A stretch of 64,000 nt of DNA from the human T2T-CHM13v2.0 reference genome, Homo sapiens, in NCBI RefSeq assembly GCF_009914755.1, contig NC_060932.1. One strand, 5' to 3'. Below are positions 26,865-44,200 of this stretch, one piece after another. Made by a program: the position numbers and the translations under genes. The notes under the pieces were generated by a model. The model saw only the letters and a program-made list of their open reading frames with translations, made no database searches and was not told where the DNA came from. Numbering within the stretch: the stretch's first letter is position 1; every line of letters begins with the position of its first letter.

Positions 26865-27838
<974 letters not shown>

Positions 27839-28302
27839 GTAAAATTTATTTATTTAATTATAAAAACCACCACTAAGCTATAAACATGTAACAACCAAGT
27901 ACTTTAATTCTTAGAAAAAAAAAAACAGTATGTTGCTTTGATATGATGTGTTAAGCTTTTACTTTATTAGAGGGCTGAAATGCAATAAGCTCTCTACACG
28001 TGTGGCCTACCAACTTTGGAGGGTAAAATATCTTTCAGGTATTTACAATTAAAACAAGTGCACATAAATCTGGAGCAGCTTAAAGACTCCAAGGCAATTG
28101 CATTTTTTTCACTGAACAAAATAGTGTATCAGTCTGTTTTTTTTAATTATAATAGAACATCACCAGAGAAAAAATTTAAAATGCAGAAAATATGAATTAA
28201 AATAAAGATTACTTTTAACCAATTATCTCACATGTACACACCTATGGCAGGGGAATCACACTGCACATATAACCTTATAACTTTATTTTACTTAAAGTAC
28301 CT

Positions 28303-28655
28303 TGATATGATTTGCCTGTGTCCCCACCCAAATCTCATCTTGAATCTCCACATGTTGTGGGGGGTACCAAGTGGGAGGTAATTGAATCATGGGGGCAGGT
28401 CTTTCCTGTTCTTTTCTTGCAATAGTGAATAAGTCTCACAAGATCTGATGGTTTTATAAAGGGAGTTTCCCTGCACAAGCTCTATCTGCCTGCTGCCATC
28501 CATGTAAGATGTGACTTGCTCCTCCTTGCCTTCCACCATGATTGTGAGACTTCCCAACCACATGGAACTGTGAGTTCTCCATTAAACCTCTTTCCTTTGT
28601 AAATTTCCCAGCCTTGGGTATGTCTTTATCAGGAGCATGAAAACAAACTAATAGA
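28303..28655 (+). mobile_element. THE1/MST-type MaLR solo LTR
   Basis: TGATATGATTTG..TGTGTCCCCACCCAAATCTCATCTTGAA start, ATTAAA signal, CTAATAGA end, flanks TACCT/TGCCT. Confidence 0.88.
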
Positions 28656-29483
28656 TGCCTAGTGAGAATTTACAGATATTATTAAATATAACTGGGTCTT
28701 AAGAAAACACAGTATTCTATCATATGAATATTTACCATTATTTAACCATTTTCTCCATTGTTGGATCCTAGAGTTGTTTCCAGTTTTTCTCTTTTAAATG
28801 TAACACTTATTGTTGCAATTAGCATCCTTCTACATAAATCTTGGTTGGATCACTCATTGCTCTATTAGAAAAAAAATCTTGAAGTAAAATTACTTAAAAA
28901 AGGATAAAAACATTAAGAAATGTCTTGAGAAATATTGTCCAAGTTGCCTTCCAGAAAGGTTCTACAAATATACCTTAGTGTGACTACCCTTGGCATTATC
29001 ATACCTTTCTTATTCTTTTGCCACTTAGATTTATGAAGATTAAATCTCAGTGTTATATCCCACTTTTTCTCCTATTACTAAAGAAAGGGGAGAGTTTTGC
29101 AAATGATCACAATCATTTATACTTCTTTCTTGTAGGATGGGAGGCAAGTATTTTTTCCCAGCTGGTTCTTCAATTTTTAATTTCATTCATGAGATTTCTA
29201 AGACTTAATATCTATAGTATCAAACTATTGATCTTTTAATTTTTCTCTGTTTTTATACTTAAAAAGTCTTTTCCCATCTCAAGATTTAGATAAATATATA
29301 TACTTTTTTATATAAATACTTTTTCTCTATATTATTATGGTCTTACTTTTTGCATTTTACTCTTTAATGCATGTGAATTACTTTGAAGGGGTTGTATATA
29401 ATTTTTTATTTTCCAAATAGTTAAATACCCATGTCAGTTTTGGTGTTGGCAATATATGCTCAAGTTTAATCCAAGGCTTAACT

Positions 29484-29557
29484 AGTCTAGACACTTAATC
29501 CAACAAGTTAAAAGAACAGGAGTCTAGACACTTAATCCAATGAGTTAAAAGAACAGG
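29484..29557. repeat. 37-bp tandem duplication
   Basis: AGTCTAGACACTTAATCCAA(CA/TG)AGTTAAAAGAACAGG occurs twice. Confidence 0.92.
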
Positions 29558-29794
29558 AGAGTCTACCTGAATGCCCTAGAATATTGTGACCAGATTAAGA
29601 GATAAGCTATTTTAACTCTTCATTAACACAGTTACCATTCTACCATGTCAGCCACAGGGTAGGGCAGGGTTAGCTCCCGTTATGTTCTAGAGTTCAAGGT
29701 TTATGACCTATACTCTTCTTAACCCAAAGGCCCATTTTAAGTATCTCAGAGTATAACATTGAGACCCCAGAATTTAACTCAATTATGATACAAC

Positions 29795-30335
29795 TGTCAG
29801 AGGCGGGTGAACCAGAGCAACTCCATCTTGAATAGGAGCTGGGTAAAACAAGACTAAAACCTACTGGGCTGCATTCCCAGATGGTTAAGGCATTCTAAGT
29901 CACAGGATGAGATAGGAGGTCTGCACGAGATACAGGTCATAAAGACCTTATTGATAAAGCAGATTGCAGTAAAGAAGTCAGCTAAAACCCACCAAAACCA
30001 AGATAGCCATGAGAGTGACCTCTGGTCATCCTCACTGCTACACTCCCACCAGTGCCATGACAGTTTACAAATGCCATGGCAACATCAGGAAGTTACCCTA
30101 AGTGGTCTAAAAAGGGGAGGCATGAATAACCCACTTGTTGTTTAGCATGTAATCAAGAAATAACCATAAAAATGGGCAATCAGCAGCTCTCCAGGCTGCT
30201 CTATGGTGTAACCATTCTTTTATTCTACTTTCTTAATGAACTTGCTTTCATTTCATGGACTTGCCCTGAATTCTTTCTTGTGCAAGATCCAAGAACCCTC
30301 TCTTGGGGTCTGGATTGGACCCCTTTCCTGTAACA
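29795..30335 (+). mobile_element. MER41 solo LTR (MER41A-like, lacks the GAS block)
   Basis: TGTCAGAGGCG..GAACCAGAGCAACTCCATCTTG start, CCTGTAACA end and a perfect 4-bp TSD CAAC. AAAAAGGGGAGG is followed directly by CATGAATAA. Confidence 0.9.
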
Positions 30336-30487
30336 CAACTAGAGTCAACAATGTGCCAGAGACATGGTAAACATTCAACAAAAATGAACAAATGAGCTCT
30401 TGTTGTTTGCAGACTCATTTATTTTTCTTATTATATATTATAGTGAAGGCACTTTCAAAGGTTACATAGAAAGCCTTTTTTTCTCAG

Positions 30488-30619
30488 GAGATCTGAAAAA
30501 GCCTAGTGAAAATATCCCCAAATGTGTAATTACTGCACCTACCCCTGTGGCACTGATTTACTTATTGGTTAAAACGTCCTACCTAATAGTCCGGACTCCA
30601 GAGGGAATCGGGTTCTCAG
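30488..30619 (+). pseudogene. SLC7-family pseudogene, exon 2 (132 nt, open frame)
   Basis: Acceptor TTTTTTTCTCAG| and donor CAG|GTATGG. Encodes GDLKKPSENIPKCVITAPTPVALIYLLVKTSYLIVRTPEGIGFS, comparable to SLC7A13 GELKKPRTTIPKCIFTALPLVTVVYLLVNISYLTVLTP (recalled). Phase is compatible with exon 1. Confidence 0.9.
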
Positions 30620-31103
30620 GTATGGCTACATAGAACCAGAGAGAAGATTCTTTCTTATTCCCCTAAATGAAGGGGGTCTCTAATACAGTGGATCTTTTTG
30701 CCTACCTTAAGAGAATTATGCTAAACTGGTTCATGTCTGGGTTATTTACTTATTTAAAGATAAAAATTTAAAAGGACTAAGCAATCTCTAATTATGAACA
30801 TATGCTAAAATTATAGGTAATAATAAAGTCCAGCTGCAGAAATATAGAAAGCACCAAAAATTGGAAAAGGAAAAAAATAAACAGAATACAATAGATTAAA
30901 TAGGACATAATAGAATTAAAATTCTAAGAATATTTACCAAAATCCCTTGGGACATACTTTTCAAGGACATCATGGGTGCTTTAGGTTAACATCTACCCCC
31001 CAGAAAATGTCACTCATATGCTTTGTCTCCTGGCACATGCCCAAAATCTATAAGGAATAGCCACTTCAAGTACTCAATTTCCCTATTACTGAATGTATGG
31101 ATC

Positions 31104-31455
31104 TGATATGGTTTGGCTGTGTCCCTACCCAAATCTCATCTTGAATTATAGCTCCCATAATTCCCACATGTTGTGAGAGGGACACAGTAGGAGATCACTG
31201 AATCATGACCCCCATACTGTTCTCATGGTAGTGAATAACTCTCACGATATCGACGATTTTATAAGAGGTTTTCCCTTTCACTTGGCTCTCATTCTCTCTT
31301 GTCTGCCACAACATAAGATGTGCCTTTTGCCTTCCACTATGATTGTGAAGCCTCCCCAGCCAGGTGGAACTGTGAGTCCATTAAACTTGTTTTTCTTTAT
31401 AAATTACCCAGTGTCAGGTATGTCTTTATCAGCAGCATGAAAACGAATTAATACA
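31104..31455 (+). mobile_element. THE1-type MaLR solo LTR
   Basis: TGATATGGTTTGGCTGTGTCCCTACCCAAATCTCATCTTG ... TAATACA. Confidence 0.9.
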
Positions 31456-31964
31456 GAACCTTTCTGCAATATTTATCCATATGTATATAATTTCAGTTCA
31501 CAATAAATTTTTCAGATTTTCAGAATTTGTTTTAATTACTGTCATATAGGTAAAGAAACTAAATTTTTTGCCCTAAAAATAGGCAAATTTTAAAAGCTTC
31601 AGTTCTGCATTGAACTTTATTTATCTAGGCAAATATATTAAGAATACCTTTTTTTTACATTTTACATTTCCAGTTATAAAAAGTTCCTAAATATAAAAGA
31701 GAATCCATAATATCATTAAAAAATAAAACAGTAAAAAAGAAAATAAGATTTTATACTATATATCAAAGGTTACTGATTCTCAGTTATCTCAACTCTAAAA
31801 TAAAATGATGTCTTATTAGCTCACCTCACACATTATTAGTAATGATAATAAAATGAAAAAAATCTGTGAAGGTACTCTGGAAATCTTAAAACACACAAAT
31901 TCTGTTCTGAGAAGAGCATGGCTTAATAAAAACAGCCACAACACCATTTCAAAAATTGTCTTTG

Positions 31965-32950
31965 AACTAATATACAAAAGCTACAAGGAACTCAAACAAA
32001 AACAAGAAAAAAACAACCCCATTTTTTAAAAATGAGCAAAGGACATGAACAGACATTTCTCAAAATAAAACATGCAAGTAGCCAACAAACATGAAAAAAT
32101 GCTCATTAAAAAGTAGGCAAAGGACATTAACAGACCCTTTTCAAAAGAAGACATTTATACAGCCAACAAACATGATAAAAAGCTCAAAACCACTAATTAT
32201 TAGAGAAATGCAAATTAAAACCACAACGAAATACCATCTCACACTAGTCAGAATGGCAATTATTAAAAAGTCAAGAAACAATAGATGCTGATGAGGCTGT
32301 AGAGAAATAGGAATGCTTTTACATTGTTGGTGGGAATGTAAATTAGTTCAACCATTGTGGAAGACAGTGTAGCAATTCCTGAAAGACCTAGGGGCAGAAA
32401 TACCATTGGACTCAGTAATCCCATTATTGGATATATACCCAAAGGAATATAAATCATTCTATTTTAAAGATACAGGCATGCATATGTTCACTGCAGCACT
32501 ATTCACAATAGCAAAGACATGGAATCAACCCAAATGTCCACTGATGATAGACTGGATGAAGAAAATGTGGTACATATACACCATGGAATACTACGCAAAA
32601 GGAATAAGATCATGTCCCTTCCAGGGACACGGACTGAGCTAGAAGCCATCATCCTCAGCAAACTAACACAGGAACAGAAACCAAATACCACATGTTCTCA
32701 CTTATAAGTGGGAGCTGAACAATGAGAACACATGGACACAGGACAGAAACAACACACACTGGGGCCTGTTGGGGGGTCTTGAAGGGAGGGAGAGCATCAG
32801 GATAAATAGCTAATGCATGTGGAGCTTAATACCTGGGTGATGGGTTGATAGGTGCAGCAAACCACCATGGCACACATTTACCTATGTAACAAACCTGCAT
32901 GTCCTGCGTGTGTATCCCAGAATTTAAAATTAAATTAAATTAAATTTAAA
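31965..32950 (+). mobile_element. L1PA 3' fragment (ORF2 C-terminus and 3'UTR)
   Basis: IIREMQIKTTTKYHLTLVRMAIIKK and ALFTIAKTWNQPKCP, plus L1PA 3'UTR motifs. Confidence 0.92.
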
Positions 32951-33702
32951 GAAGAAGAAATTCATCAGATGGACAAACCGTAAGTTCAGAAATCTATATT
33001 TTTGGAAGCAGATAAGAAAGATGTTGCATTCTGAATTATTTGTGCCCTGATAACTATGTCCTTAATATGGGAGAAACAAAATCTAAAAAAAAAAGTCCCA
33101 GAGCGTAGGGAAATACTAGCCCATCTGGATGATCCCTCCTCACCAGAAACTCTAGTAAATGGCTGGTCCAGGAAAAATTTGCTTGTTTCAAAAATGAGTA
33201 ATTAATCAAAAAAGAACAATCCCAAAATCTGTGTAAGACATTCTACAGAAACAGGAGAAATGAAATAAGAAGAAATGGCTGACCAATAAAATGCATTAGA
33301 AAATGTGACCTTGGATTCACCACGAATGTTAAAAATCTTATGCTGCAATCAAGTCTATGACATGTGAGCACAAAGCAGAGTTGCAGGAGTTCAGAGGAGA
33401 TATGTCAACACCACAGAAAGAAATAAAATGTAAGCTGGCAAAATTCAGGGAAAAGTGAAATAGAAATATAAAAATGTATCGAATTAAGGTAAAATCAGGA
33501 GACACATTGGAACGTTGCTAAACAAAGTAGGGAATAGGGAATATTTAAAAACAATCAAATGGTAACAAGAATTTGAGAAAAAAATTCTAATTTCCATTAA
33601 TAGCAGGCTCAGTTATTCAAATCAACTCTCCCATTGAAAATATCTAAGCATGATATCTAAAATAAAGAATAAAACAAAAAAAATAAAATATTGACAATCT
33701 GT

Positions 33703-34585
<883 letters not shown>

Positions 34586-34623
34586 CTAATTTCCATTAAT
34601 AGCAGGCTCAGTTATTCAGATCA

Positions 34624-35680
<1,057 letters not shown>

Positions 35681-35959
35681 ATTAAGGCTACTTTAACAAG
35701 ATTCTAAGCAGCAGAATGAGGCCGTATTGACCTCAAGCATGTTCCTTCTTCTCCCTCATCACCACCAACACACACATCAGAGTCCCAGACCCAACTAGAT
35801 GAAAAAAAATTCCATAAACTATTAGGACTAGTTTTTAAAACTAGGTAGCTTTCCTCTTAAGTGTTTAAGTGACATTTCTAATTGATCTGAGACTTTAACT
35901 TAAGTACAACAGAATGTATGTATTATAATTACACTGACTCTGTATAATTAATAATCTCT

Positions 35960-38755
35960 TGTCAGATGGATAGTTTGAAAATAAATAGAATATATAATGA
36001 AGTCTAACAATTCAATAGCAAACACACAGACAAACACACAAATAATTCAATCTAAAAATGGGCAAAAGATCTGAATAGACATTTCTCAAAAGAAGGCATA
36101 CAAATGAAAAACAGATATATGAAAAAAATGCCCAACATCACTATTCATTATAGAAATGCAAATCATACCACAACAAGATACCATCTCACATCAGTTAGAA
36201 TGGCTTTTATTTAAAAAAAATAAAAAGATTATATCAGATGCTGGCAAGAATGTGGAGAAATGGAAACCCCCACACACTTTTGATGGAAAGGTAGATTAGT
36301 ACTGCCACTATGGAAAACAGTATGAAGGTTCCTCAAAAAACTAAAAATAGAACTACTGTATGATCCAGTAATTCCACTACTGGGTATATGTCTGAAAGGA
36401 AATCAATATATTGAAGAGATATCTGCACTCCCATGTTTATTGCAACAATATTCACAATAGCTGAAATATGGAAGCAGCCTACATTTCTATCAATAGATGA
36501 ATGGATAAATAAAAATGTAACATATATGCACAATGGAATATATTATTTAGCCTTAAAAAAGAATGAAATCATGTCATTTGTAGCAACATGGATGGAACTG
36601 GAGATCATTATGTTAAGTGAAATAAGCAAAGCACAGAAAGACAAACATTGCATATTCTCACTCATAATAAAGTGGATCTCATAATGATAGAGTATACTGG
36701 TGGTTACCAGAGGCCAAGAAGGGGCTGGAGTAGGTGACAATAAGGAGAGGTTGATGAATGGGTACACACTATATATACACACACACACTATATATATATA
36801 TATATATTCACACACACTATATATATACACACACTATATATATATATATATACATACACTATATATATATAAAACCTGGTGTTTGATATATCAAAAGGGT
36901 TACTATAGCTCACATTAATTGATTGTACATTTCAAAATACCTAGAAGAGAATAATTTGTATCTTCTTAGCATAAAAAAGATAAATAGTTAAGAAAATTGA
37001 TATCCCAATTACCTTGACTTGATTATATGAATGTATCAACTTATCAAATGTACTGAAAAATATGTACAACTATTATGTATCAATAAAAAATTTTTAAAAG
37101 AAAAACAACAGAGAAAATGAACGAAACCAAAAGTTGATTCTTTGAAAAGATCAACAAAATTGATAAACATGTAGCTAGATAGAGTAAGAAAAAAGAAGAT
37201 TCAAATTACTAAAATCAGAAATGAAAGTAGAGACATTATTAGATTCTATAGAAATAAATAGGAGTATAAGAAAGTATTACAAACAACTCTATGCCAATAA
37301 ATCAGATCACCTAAATGAAATGGGCAAATTCCTAGACACATAAAACCTACTAAGACTAAATAATGAAGAGCTAGAAAATCTAAGTAGACCTATAACTAAT
37401 AAGGAGATTGCATCAGCAATAAAAAATCTGACAAAGAAAAGCACTGGGCCTGATGGTTCCACTGATGAATTCTACTAAACATTTAAAAAAGAGCTAATCC
37501 AATCCCTCTAAAACTTTTCAAAAAAAATGGAAAAGGAAGGAACACTTCCTAACATTATCATTCTATGAAATCAACATTACCCTGATACCAAGCCAAAGTC
37601 ATTACAAAAAAAGAAAAACTATAGGCCAATATTCCTTATGAAGATAGGTGCAAAAATCCTAAACAAAATACTAGCAAACTGAATTAAGCATCATATTAAA
37701 AGAATTATATGCCATGACCAAATGTGATTTATTCCTGAAATTCAAGGAGGATTCAATATATTAAAATTAATATAATGTACTACATTAACAGTATGAAGGA
37801 AAAAATCAAATGATAATCTCAATTGATGCCAAAAAAATTGACAAAATTCAATAATCTTTCATGAAAAGAATTCTCAACAAATTAGGTATCGATTGAATGA
37901 ACTTCAACACAATAAAGGCCATATAGCACAACTTCACAGATAAAACTGCACTTGATGGTGAATAGTTGAAAGCCTTTCCTCTAAGATCAGAAACAAGTTA
38001 AGGATACCCACTCTCATCACTTGTATTCAATATAGTATTTGAAGCTCTGGCCAGAATAATTAGGCAAGAAAAAGAAATAAAAGGAATTTGAACTTAAAAG
38101 AAAGAAGTAAAATTATCCTTTTCACAGAGGATATAATCTTAGATAAAGAAAATCCTAAAGACACACACACACAAAAATGGCTAGAACTAATAAATGAATT
38201 CAGCAAAGTAACAAGATACAAAGTCAATGCTCAAACATATGTTGCATTTTTATACGCTAATAAAGAACAATCTGAAAAGGAAATTATTAAAATAATTTCA
38301 TCTATACCACCAGCAAAAAGAATACATTATTTAGGAATTAATTTAACCAAGAAGGTGAAAGACTTGCACGATGAAAACTACAAAACGTTGAAAGAAGTTA
38401 AAGAAAACATAAGTAAATGGAACTGTACCCCTTGCTCATTAATTGGAAGACTTAATATTGTTAAGATGTCAAATACTACCCAAAGAGATCCACAGATTCA
38501 GTACAATCTCTATCAAAAGCCCAATGACATTTTTTAAACAAAATTAAAAAATCTAAAATATATATGGAATCTCACGGAACTCCAAATAGCTAAATCAATC
38601 TTGAAAAAGAAGAACAAAGCTGGAGGGCTCACACTTCCTGATTTCAAAACATACTGCAAAGCTCAAGTAATCAAAACAGTGTTTTACTGGCATAAGGACA
38701 AACATATAGACCAATGGAATAGAATAGAGAACCTCAAAATAAGCCCTTGCATATA
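35960..38755 (+). mobile_element. L1M fragments: 3' end (35960-37090) followed by ORF2 RT region (37095-38755)
   Basis: MFIATIFTIAEIWKQP, LELINEFSKVTRYKVNAQ and YLGINLTKKVKDL. A (TA/CA)n microsatellite lies at ~36765-36870. Confidence 0.88.
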
Positions 38756-38756
38756 C

Positions 38757-39010
38757 CATTGACGCTTGAGCAACACAGGAGTTATGGGTGCTGACTCCCA
38801 AACAGTTGAAAATCCACATATAACTTTTTAATCCCCCAAAACTTAACTGCTAATAGCCTTGCCAATAACACAAATAGTGTATTAATATATATTTTGTATA
38901 TTACATGTATTGCATACTGTATTCTTACAGTACAGTAAGCTAGATAAAAAATGTTATTACGAAAATCTAATGGAAGAGAAAATATGTATACGATTCATTA
39001 AGCAGAAGTA
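38757..39010. mobile_element. Tigger-family DNA transposon fragment
   Basis: CATTGACGCTTGAGCAACAC..GTTGAAAATCCACATATAACTTTT..AACTTAACT resembles a Tigger2-type terminus. Confidence 0.55.
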
Positions 39011-39344
39011 AAAGGGGTAGATTATGAGAGATTACTTAATGGATGCAATGTATGTTATTCAAGTATTGGATACCCTAAAAACCCCAACTTCACCACTGCG
39101 AAATCAATCTATGTATGTAACAAAATTACATTTGCGGCCCGTAAATTTATACAAACAAGACAAATAAAAATAAATAATTAAAATTGAGCTGGATTCCTTT
39201 TCTGTTCCAGAAAAAATGATTAGCTAATCATGTATTTTAAAATTCTTAAGAATAAAACTAGAGACAAAGAAATCATGTTAAAGTGGCAGTAAAGTGCCAA
39301 TAAGTTTTAAAAATTTGTTTCCACTTTTGTTTTTAAAAAAGAGA

Positions 39345-40138
<794 letters not shown>

Positions 40139-40913
40139 TTATAATAATTACAGTTTTTAAATATTTTATGTATTTGATATGGTTAATTGCCTTCTTTATT
40201 TTTCATCAAAATACAATTTTTGAAATGACATATATTTTGAAATAATATTTTCAAGTTCCAGGAAAGCTTCTGTTGGGACTTTTATTGTGATTGAATGAAA
40301 TGTGAGGTAAGTTTTAGGACAATTGATATGGTTACAATCATGATGGTCTGAGTATCATTTCTAGACAATAGCAGGAATACTTTTAATGTTTTATTGGGTA
40401 ACACTGCTGTAGGATTTTCAAAGGTACCCTTTATTAAGTTACAATTGCTCCACCTTTTCCTAGCTTGTTAACTACTTTTTTAATCATGAAAAATTACTTT
40501 TAGTACTTCATTGAAATGACCATATTATTTATTTTAATTAATCAATTAATTTAGGATTTCTTTTATTCTTCCCCTTTTTTATTTCCTTGAAAGTTTATTG
40601 ATTTTCAGTATTTAATGCTGTTGTTATTCTTGTTATGTAATGCATTTATTTAAAGTTCTAAATTTTCCCTTACGAATTTTTTTTTGCCAACTTCCACAAA
40701 TTTTGGAGTGGGTTAACAGATTTTTTAATTGTCTTGTTAATGTTTAATATTTGTATATATTTATGGAGTACATATGCTATTTTGTTACATGCATAAAATG
40801 AGTAATGATCAAGTCAAGATATTAGGGGTATCTACCACCCGAAGTATTTCTTATTTCTATGTGTTGAGAAAGTTTAAGTCCTCTCTTCTAGCTATTTTGA
40901 AAGATACACTACA

Positions 40914-41215
40914 GGCCGAGCGTGGCGTCTCACGCCTGTAATCCCAGCACTTCGGGAGGCTGAGGTGGGTGGATCACTTGAGGCCAGGAATTCGAGACCA
41001 GCCTGGACAACATGGCGAAACCCTGTCTCCACTAAAAATACAAAAATTAGTTGGACGTGGTGGCACGCGCCTGTAATCCCAGCTACTCAGGAGGCTGAGG
41101 TAGGAGAATACTTGAACCCAGGAGGTGGAGGTTGCAGTGAGCCAAGATCTCCCCACTGCACTCCAGCCTGGGAGACAGAGCAAAACTCTGTCTCAAAAAG
41201 AAAGAAAGAAAAAGA
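40914..41215 (+). mobile_element. Alu
   Basis: Full Alu, with TACACTACA flanking both sides. Confidence 0.93.
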
Positions 41216-44200
41216 AACATACACTACATTGTTGTTACCTCTAGGCATCCTATTCTGCTATCGAACATTAGAACTTATTTCTCCTAACTGTATGTTTGTG
41301 CTCATTAACCAATCTCTCTTCATCCATCCTCCCCAACCCACACACCCTTCCCATCCTGTTATCTATCATTCTACTTTCTACCTCTATCTCCATGGGATCA
41401 ACTGTTATAGCTCCCACATATGAGTGAGAACATGTGATATTTCTCAATCTGTGCAGAGCTTATTTCACTTAACATAATAACCTCCAGATCCATCCGTGTT
41501 TCTGCAAATGACAAGATCTCATTTTTTATGGCCAACTAGTAATCCATTGTGTTTATATACCACATTTTCTTTATGCATTCATCTGTTGATGGACATTTAG
41601 GTTGACTCAATATCTTTGCTTTTGTGAATAGTGCCACAATGAACATGAGAGTGCAGGTATCCCTGTGATATAATGATTTCTTTTCCTATAGATAATTACC
41701 CAGTAGGGGAATTGCTGGATCATACAGTAGTTTTATTTTTAGTTTTATGAGAATTCTCCATACTGTTTTCCATAGTGGCCCCATTAATTTACATTCCAAC
41801 CTATAGTGTATAAGAGTTCCCTTTTCTCCATATTCTTGCCAGAATCTGTTACCTTTTCTCTTTTTTAATAAAAGCAATTCTAACTGGGTAAGATGGTATC
41901 TCATTCTGATTTTGATTTGCATTTCCCTGATGATTAACGACAAGCATTTTTTTCATATACCTGTTGATCATTAGTATGTCTTCTTTCTAAAAATGTCCAT
42001 TTGTGTTCTTTGCCCACTTTTCAATGGAATTTTTTTTTTTTTACTGTTGAGTTGTTTGAGTTCCTTGCATATTTTAGATATTCATCCCTTGTTGGATAAA
42101 TAGTTTACAAATATTTTCTTCCATTCAGCAGATATCCTAAGTCTTGATGGTTTTCTTTGCTGTACAGTTTTTTCAATTTTAACATAGTCTCATTTCTCTA
42201 TTTCTGTTTTTGTTATCTATGCTTTTCCTGTCTTAGCCATAAAATCTTTGCCTAGACAAATGTTCTGAAATATTTTCCCCATTTTCTTCTAGTAGCTTTA
42301 TAATTCGAGGTCTTACATTTAAATTTATAATCCATCTTGAGCTGCTTTTTATATATGGTGAGAGACAGTAGTCCAATTTCATTCTTCTGCATGGATATCC
42401 AATTTTTCCAGCACCATTTATTAAAGATGATATCTTCTCTACAATGTATGTTCCTGGCACTTTTGTCAAAAATCAGTTGGTTTTAAGTATGCAGGTTTAT
42501 TTCTGGGCTCTCTATTCTGCTCTATCAGTCAATGTGTCTGTTATAATACCAATGCCATGCTGTTTTGGTTACCATAGCTGTGTAATATGGTTTGAAGTCA
42601 GGTAGTGTGATGCCTTCAGCTTTATTCTTTTTGCTCAGGATTACTTTGGTTATTCAAGCCCTTTGTTGATTCTATACACCAATTTTATGATTCTTTTTTC
42701 TATTTCTGTGAAAATTGACGTTGGCATTTTGATAGAAATTGCATTGAATTTGTAGATTGCTTTGGGCAGTATGGTCGTTTTGCCAAGGTTGATTCTTCTG
42801 ATACATGAGCTTGAGATGGCTTTCTGTTTGACTGTGTCCTCTTCAATTTCCCTCATCAGTCTTTTGTAGCTTTTCTTGCAGAGAAAAGCTGCCTTTCACA
42901 TCCTTGGCTAAATTTATTTCTAAGTCTTTTATTTTTATAGCTATTGCAAATGGGATTGCCTTCTTGGTTTCTTTATCAGCTTGTTCATTATTAGTGTATA
43001 GAAATGCTACATTTGTGTATGTTAAAATTCTATGCTGCAACTTTCCTGAATTTATTTATCAGATCTAAGAGTTTTTTGGTAGAGTCCTTAAGTTTCTCTA
43101 GATATAAGATTATGCCATTTGCAAACAGGGACGATTTGACTTTCTCTTTTCCAATTTCAATGTCTTTTTATTTCTTTATATTGCCGATTGGTCTAGCTAT
43201 AATTTCCAGTAGTATGTCAAATAAGAGTGCTGAAAGTGGGCACACTTGTCTTGTTCCAGTTCTTAGAGGAAAGGATTTCAACTTTTTCCCATTCAGGATG
43301 ATGTTAGCTGTGAGTTTTTCATATACGGCCTTTATTATATTGAAGTATGTTCTTTCTATGCCTAGTTTGTTGAGAGTTTGTATCATGAAAAGACTGAGTT
43401 TCATCTAATGCGTTTTCTGCATCTACTGAGATGATCTTATGGATTTTGTCCTTCATTCTGTTGATATGATGTATCACATGTGTTCATTTACATATATTGA
43501 ACAATTCCTGCATCCCTGGAATAAATCCCACTTGATTATCTAGTATCTGTTTGATGTGCTGTTGGATTCAGTTTTCATTGAGGATTTCATTGAGGATTTT
43601 TGCATCTGTTCATCAGGGATGTTGGCCTGTAGTTTTCTTTATTTTTTGCATCCCTGTCTAGTTTTGGTATCAATGTAATGCTGGCCTTGTAGAATGAGTT
43701 AGGGAGAATTCCCTCATGTTCAATTTTTTTAATAGCTTGAAGAGAATTGGCTTTGGTTCTTCTTTGAAAAATTGGTGGGAGTCAGCATGAAGCCATCCAG
43801 TCCTGGAGTTTTTTTGTTGGAAGACTTTTTATTACTGATTCTAGCTACTAATTATTGGTCTGTTTAGGTTTTCTATTTCTTCCTGGTTTAACCTTGGTAG
43901 ATTGTATGTATCAAGGAATTCACCCATTTCCTTTAGGGTTTCCAGTTCATTACCATACAGTTGTTCATAATTGTCTCTGACACTCTTTTGTATTTCTGTG
44001 GCATCAGTTTTAATGCCTTCTTCTTCATTTCTTATTTTGTTTACTGGGATCTTCTTTTTTTCTTGGTTAGTCTAGCTAGTGAATTTTGTTTGTTATCAAT
44101 TTTGCTCATCATTTTTTAAAAAAAAACATTTTGTTTTGTTGATCCTTTGTATTTTTTTAAGCTTCTATTTCATTTAGCTCTGCTCTGATCTTCATGATTT

